Source: Burkholderiales bacterium (lineage in GTDB: Bacteria > Pseudomonadota > Gammaproteobacteria > Burkholderiales > Burkholderiaceae_C). From it: 64,000 nucleotides of DNA. A model generated the notes under the pieces. That model searched no databases. It saw only the letters and a program-made list of their open reading frames with translations, and was not told the origin of the DNA. Made by a program: the position numbers and the translations under genes. The stretch lies in contig JBBRFB010000001.1 in NCBI GenBank assembly GCA_038225015.1, forward strand, positions 3,487-67,486, in the 5' to 3' direction. This document shows, in pieces, positions 60,279-64,000 of this stretch (positions are counted from its first letter, which is position 1; the number at the start of each line of letters is the position of its first letter).

Positions 60279-60958
60279 CACGCCGCAGAGAGATCGGCCG
60301 TGACCAGGAGGCTGTCGCGATACTTCGGGGCGAAATCGAGGAGGCGTGCGTACAGGGCGCCTTTGCGGCTCGCGTAGTCGGCATGGCACAGCTCGACCGC
60401 AGTCGGGCGATAGCCCGCATCGACAAGGACCTTGCACAGCGTATAGGGCGTGAACCAGTAGCGATGATCGGTATTCACGGTCTCTCCGCGCGAGAGCCAG
60501 TTCCGCAGCCGAAAGGCGTTCGGCGTCGCGACGACGAGGCGCTGGAAGCGATGCTGCCGCATCGAGCGCAGGAAGGCGACCACGTCGCCGACATGCTCGA
60601 TCACGTCGGCCAGCAAACAGACGTCGTACTCGACATCGGGAGCCTCTTCGGGGACATAGACCTCCCGAAAGCCGAGCCCGCGCATCTCCTCCACCCCTTG
60701 ACGATGGGTATCGATGCCGACACAGCGGGTCGCCACGTCGCACAACTGCCGATGCAGGTAGACGCCTTGTGCGAGCTTCTCGCGGATCAGCTCGAGATGG
60801 TCGCAGCAGCCGATGTGCAGCACGCGCTGTCCGTGGGCGATCGCGACCAGACGTTCCTGCCGGCGGACACCGCGTCCGTCGTTGCCGAGGTCGAAGCGGC
60901 GACCGTTCGAGAAGAGGCGCCCGGCGAGATAGTCGAGCGTTGTCGGATCCAGTTTCAT
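60278..60958 (-). CDS. Class I SAM-dependent methyltransferase-like protein
   Basis: VLHIGCCDH, VGID, YDV..ADVIEHV, ATPNAF, NTDH..WFTPYTL. Confidence 0.75.
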   Translation of the reverse strand: MKLDPTTLDYLAGRLFSNGRRFDLGNDGRGVRRQERLVAIAHGQRVLHIGCCDHLELIREKLAQGVYLHRQLCDVATRCVGIDTHRQGVEEMRGLGFREVYVPEEAPDVEYDVCLLADVIEHVGDVVAFLRSMRQHRFQRLVVATPNAFRLRNWLSRGETVNTDHRYWFTPYTLCKVLVDAGYRPTAVELCHADYASRKGALYARLLDFAPKYRDSLLVTADLSAA

Positions 60959-60971
60959 GGGGTCGTGGAAA

Positions 60972-62210
60972 TCACAGGGCGGCTGCGCGGGCGCGCAGGA
61001 ATTCGGCAAATCGGGAATGGTTTCGTTCGGCGTCGAAATCGCGTTCCCAGCGCTGCCGCGACGCCTGCCGCCATGCCGCCGTCGACGCCGCATCGGCACC
61101 GACCACCACCCGTTCGAGCGCATCGACTACGTCGGCAAGAGCGGGGTCCGGGCCCAGAAGAACGCCATTGTCGGCGCCAACCGCTTCGGCCACGCCGCCC
61201 ACGGCCGTCGCGACGATCGGAATCCCGGCCGACAGGGCCTCCTGCATGGACACCGGCAGGCCTTCCTGCTGGCTCAGCAGGACGAAGGCATCGACCTGCT
61301 CCGTCGCATAGTGTTCGCGCACCTCGCGGTTGTCGCGCTGGCCGGCGAGGTCGACCTGAAGATTGGCAGGAATCGACCGTACCTCGTGGCGAACTTTCGA
61401 CATGTCGGGCCCGTCGCCAAAGTGCGTCCAATGCAAGGCGGTGTCGGGATGGCGACGCGCCAGCTCGACGACGGCGCGGGCGATGAGCGGAACGCGCTTG
61501 AGTGGCCACACGAAGCTGCAGGAGACGATGTGTTTCGGTCCGTCGGCGGATTCGCCGGGTACCGCAGGCAGATCGTCGGTACCGAGCCGGCAGAGGGCGA
61601 TCCGCCCCGGGTCGATGCCGCGCGCAAGAAGATGAGCGCGCCCATGGGCAGAGATGGCAATCACGTGGTCGAGGTGGTCGTACATCGAGAGCCAGGGCTG
61701 GAACGGGGGCGTGAAGCGGTCTTCGTACAGGTCGTAGCCGTGGACACGCGTCAGCGCCGCGGTACGCGGCCGAACCGTCGCGAGCCGGGCGAGCGCGAGC
61801 GTCGTGCCGCCTCGCCAGTACGTATAGAAAAGGACAGGCCGGTCGGGTTCGAAGCGTCGTGCCCATCGCCAGGTCGCGACGGCGAATGCCGCCCAGCGCC
61901 AGACCCGCGCCATGCCGGTCAGCCCGCCGCTGCCGAAGGCTCGGCGCCATTCCTGGGCGTAGCCCGGCCAGAAGCCGGCGCGCATGTGGTCACCGACGCG
62001 ATGCCGCCGCACGGAGGCGGCCAGATTGCGGTCGACGTCGACGCCGTCGGGCACCGGCAACGCTGCACCAGCGTCGTCGATGGGCGCGAGGCAGAGATCG
62101 AACGCGGCGTTCCGCGCGAGGCGCTCGACCTCGGGAGCGACGAACATGACCTCGCCGCCCTCGCCCGCGTACGGGAAGTTGTGCGTCACGAGCACGATCA
62201 GCGGCTTCAC
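60972..62210 (-). CDS. GT4 glycosyltransferase
   Basis: NFPYAGEGGE.F, HGYDLYE, LKRV, WTHFGDG, SQQEGLPVSMQEA, TAVGGVAE. GTG start. Confidence 0.88.
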   Translation of the reverse strand: MKPLIVLVTHNFPYAGEGGEVMFVAPEVERLARNAAFDLCLAPIDDAGAALPVPDGVDVDRNLAASVRRHRVGDHMRAGFWPGYAQEWRRAFGSGGLTGMARVWRWAAFAVATWRWARRFEPDRPVLFYTYWRGGTTLALARLATVRPRTAALTRVHGYDLYEDRFTPPFQPWLSMYDHLDHVIAISAHGRAHLLARGIDPGRIALCRLGTDDLPAVPGESADGPKHIVSCSFVWPLKRVPLIARAVVELARRHPDTALHWTHFGDGPDMSKVRHEVRSIPANLQVDLAGQRDNREVREHYATEQVDAFVLLSQQEGLPVSMQEALSAGIPIVATAVGGVAEAVGADNGVLLGPDPALADVVDALERVVVGADAASTAAWRQASRQRWERDFDAERNHSRFAEFLRARAAAL

Positions 62211-63451
62211 CGTTCGACCGGTCCCGTGGCTCGTGCGCCGAGGGCTCCGGCGCGCAGAAGCCACGCCACCCTGGCGAGGGTCAGCAGCTCGACGGCGAGC
62301 AGCGCGACAGGCACGGCCGACGCGGCGGTCATCGCGCTGAGCAAGGCGGCCGTGAGTGCAAGCGCCACCACCAATCGCCAGGCTGCCTGGATGGAGAGTT
62401 CGGTCAGGCGGCCCATGGCCTGCAACAGGGTCGCGCCCAGTCGGGCCCCGAGCGCCGCGAGTCCGGCCACGGCGAAGAAGGTCATGCTCGAGACGTACTG
62501 CGACGCCGCGGGCCAGGCGAAGGCCGCGAGCCGAGGGGCGACCAGGGCGATGGCCAACGCGGCGGTCGCGACGCCAAATGCACCCTTCCGCCACGACGGG
62601 GACGGCGTCCAGACGGCCTGCGCCGCCGACGCGCCGGCGACACGGTCGTAGACCACCGGCGCCGCATAGGCAGCGAGCACGCCGAACAGCTGATAGACGT
62701 AGAGCCCGAGCGACAACAGGCCGACCTCCACGAGACCCGCGCCGAGTGCACGCGACAACGTGAGCAACGACGCCACGAGCACGGTGGCCAGAGCCGCCTG
62801 CAGCCAGGTCTGCAGGCTCACCGACCAGAGGATCCGACGCGGCCATGCGACCGGGTCCTCCGGTCGCCGCTGTGCACCCGAGGACCACAGCGCCGCAACG
62901 CCTGACGACAGCACCGCGGCGCCGAGCAGGACCCAGGCGAAGCTGCTGCCGATGCCGGCCCCGGCGAACGCGATGCCGAAGACAACGATGCCGAGGAGCA
63001 CCAGCACGGAAGGCAGGCTGGTGACGATGCCGTACCGCACGACGCCGCGCGTTTTGAGGACGAGGGCTCGGCACAGGAGATGCGCCACCCCGAAAGGCGC
63101 CGCGGCAACGATGATCCCGACCTGTGTTCGATGCAGCCCCGCGACGTCACCCAAGGCGGTGAGCACAAGGACGGCGACGACGACCGCGCAGCCCACCGCC
63201 AGGGCGCCCACGTAGCGACCGACGAAGCGACGCAACGAAGCCGCAGACACGGCCTCGCGGTATTGGAGATGCAACAGCCCCTGCGGCAAGCCCAGCGCGG
63301 CCAGCGCCACCAACGAGTCGCTCCAGCTCCGCAGCAAGCCGAATTCACCTTGGGCCGAAAGACCGAAGTGCCAGGTGACGAACGCCGCTGCGCCGAGCGT
63401 CGCGGCCGATCCGATGGCTTGTATCAGGACCGACCAGAGACCCGATGTCAT
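62207..63451 (-). CDS. Wzx-like polysaccharide flippase
   Basis: About 12 hydrophobic segments, [17 protein letters not shown]. First gene of the minus-strand glycan arm. Confidence 0.7.
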   Translation of the reverse strand: MTSGLWSVLIQAIGSAATLGAAAFVTWHFGLSAQGEFGLLRSWSDSLVALAALGLPQGLLHLQYREAVSAASLRRFVGRYVGALAVGCAVVVAVLVLTALGDVAGLHRTQVGIIVAAAPFGVAHLLCRALVLKTRGVVRYGIVTSLPSVLVLLGIVVFGIAFAGAGIGSSFAWVLLGAAVLSSGVAALWSSGAQRRPEDPVAWPRRILWSVSLQTWLQAALATVLVASLLTLSRALGAGLVEVGLLSLGLYVYQLFGVLAAYAAPVVYDRVAGASAAQAVWTPSPSWRKGAFGVATAALAIALVAPRLAAFAWPAASQYVSSMTFFAVAGLAALGARLGATLLQAMGRLTELSIQAAWRLVVALALTAALLSAMTAASAVPVALLAVELLTLARVAWLLRAGALGARATGPVER

Positions 63452-63507
63452 GGCGCGAGTTTATTCGCGACTGTCTCCTAGAATCCTGCGAACTGGCCGA
63501 CCCGCGA

Positions 63508-64000
63508 ATGACCTTGCCGCTGACTTCCTCTCCGTCCACACCGCCGGGCAGCGACAACCCCCTCATCGCCGAGCGCCGCGCCAAGCTCGCCGCGCTGCGC
63601 CAGCGCGGCGTCGCCTTTCCCAACGACTTCAAGCCGCGACACCGCGCCGGTCCCCTGGCGGCCGAGCACGGCGCGCTGGACAACGAGACACTCGAGCCGC
63701 AGCAGGTCGCGGTCTCGCTCGCCGGCCGCCTCATGCTCAAGCGGATCATGGGCAAGGCCAGCTTCGCGACGCTGCAGGACGCGACCGACCGGATCCAGCT
63801 CTTCGTCACCCGCGACGCACTCGGCGACGAAGGCTACGAGGCGTTCAAGCACCTCGACCTCGGCGACATCGTCGGCGCCGAGGGCCTGCTCTTCAAGACC
63901 CGCACCGGCGAGCTTTCGGTGCGGGTGTCGACCTTGCGCCTGCTGACCAAGAGCCTGCGGCCTCTGCCCGACAAGTTTCACGGCATCGCCGACCAGGAGC
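63508..64000 (+). CDS. lysS: Lysyl-tRNA synthetase (5' part, runs off the window)
   Basis: Manual translation: [69 protein letters not shown]. Confidence 0.96.
   Translation, partial: MTLPLTSSPSTPPGSDNPLIAERRAKLAALRQRGVAFPNDFKPRHRAGPLAAEHGALDNETLEPQQVAVSLAGRLMLKRIMGKASFATLQDATDRIQLFVTRDALGDEGYEAFKHLDLGDIVGAEGLLFKTRTGELSVRVSTLRLLTKSLRPLPDKFHGIADQE

Noticed and set aside
1-64000. tRNA, rRNA, CRISPR array, IS or prophage
   Set aside because: Intergenic gaps are short, and no cloverleaf, repeat-spacer array, transposase or integrase motifs were seen by eye.

Overview
High-GC betaproteobacterial chromosome segment; gene order suggests Burkholderiales (inference). 1-20.7 kb is core genome, nearly all on the minus strand: yceD-rpmF-plsX-fabHDG-acpP-fabF-ORF-rpoE-rseA-rseB-degP-like, then lepA-lepB-DUF4845-rnc-era-recO-pdxJ (partial), plus maf, an RsmI-like methyltransferase and a DEAD-box helicase. 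20.7-63.5 kb is a ~43 kb surface-polysaccharide locus between the helicase and lysS, made of two convergent arms. The plus arm carries rmlBDA (no rmlC), an EPS-associated MarR regulator, manC, a 30-codon fcl relic, ugd and a WbpB/D/E-like trio. The minus arm carries two flippases, GT4s, methyltransferases, two phosphoglycosyl transferases, an aldolase, AsnB, an ACP-FkbH-GNAT-MaoC/SDR-methyltransferase-deacetylase cassette, HisH/HisF with two N-acetyl-sugar amidotransferases, and a legionaminic-acid-type pathway. Most notable: (i) the PKS-starter-like ACP/FkbH/DH-KR cassette with a deacetylase and a GNAT, a candidate deacetylate-and-re-acylate (lactyl/O-methyl-lactyl) glycan tailoring system; (ii) two domain fusions (CBS-aminotransferase; PGT plus truncated CapD); (iii) a candidate nonulosonate transferase; (iv) a DnaA-box cluster and a candidate ~65 nt sRNA upstream of lepA. 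No rRNA, tRNA, IS or CRISPR array was seen. Annotation is by motif recognition only; no searches were run, and several start codons are best guesses.
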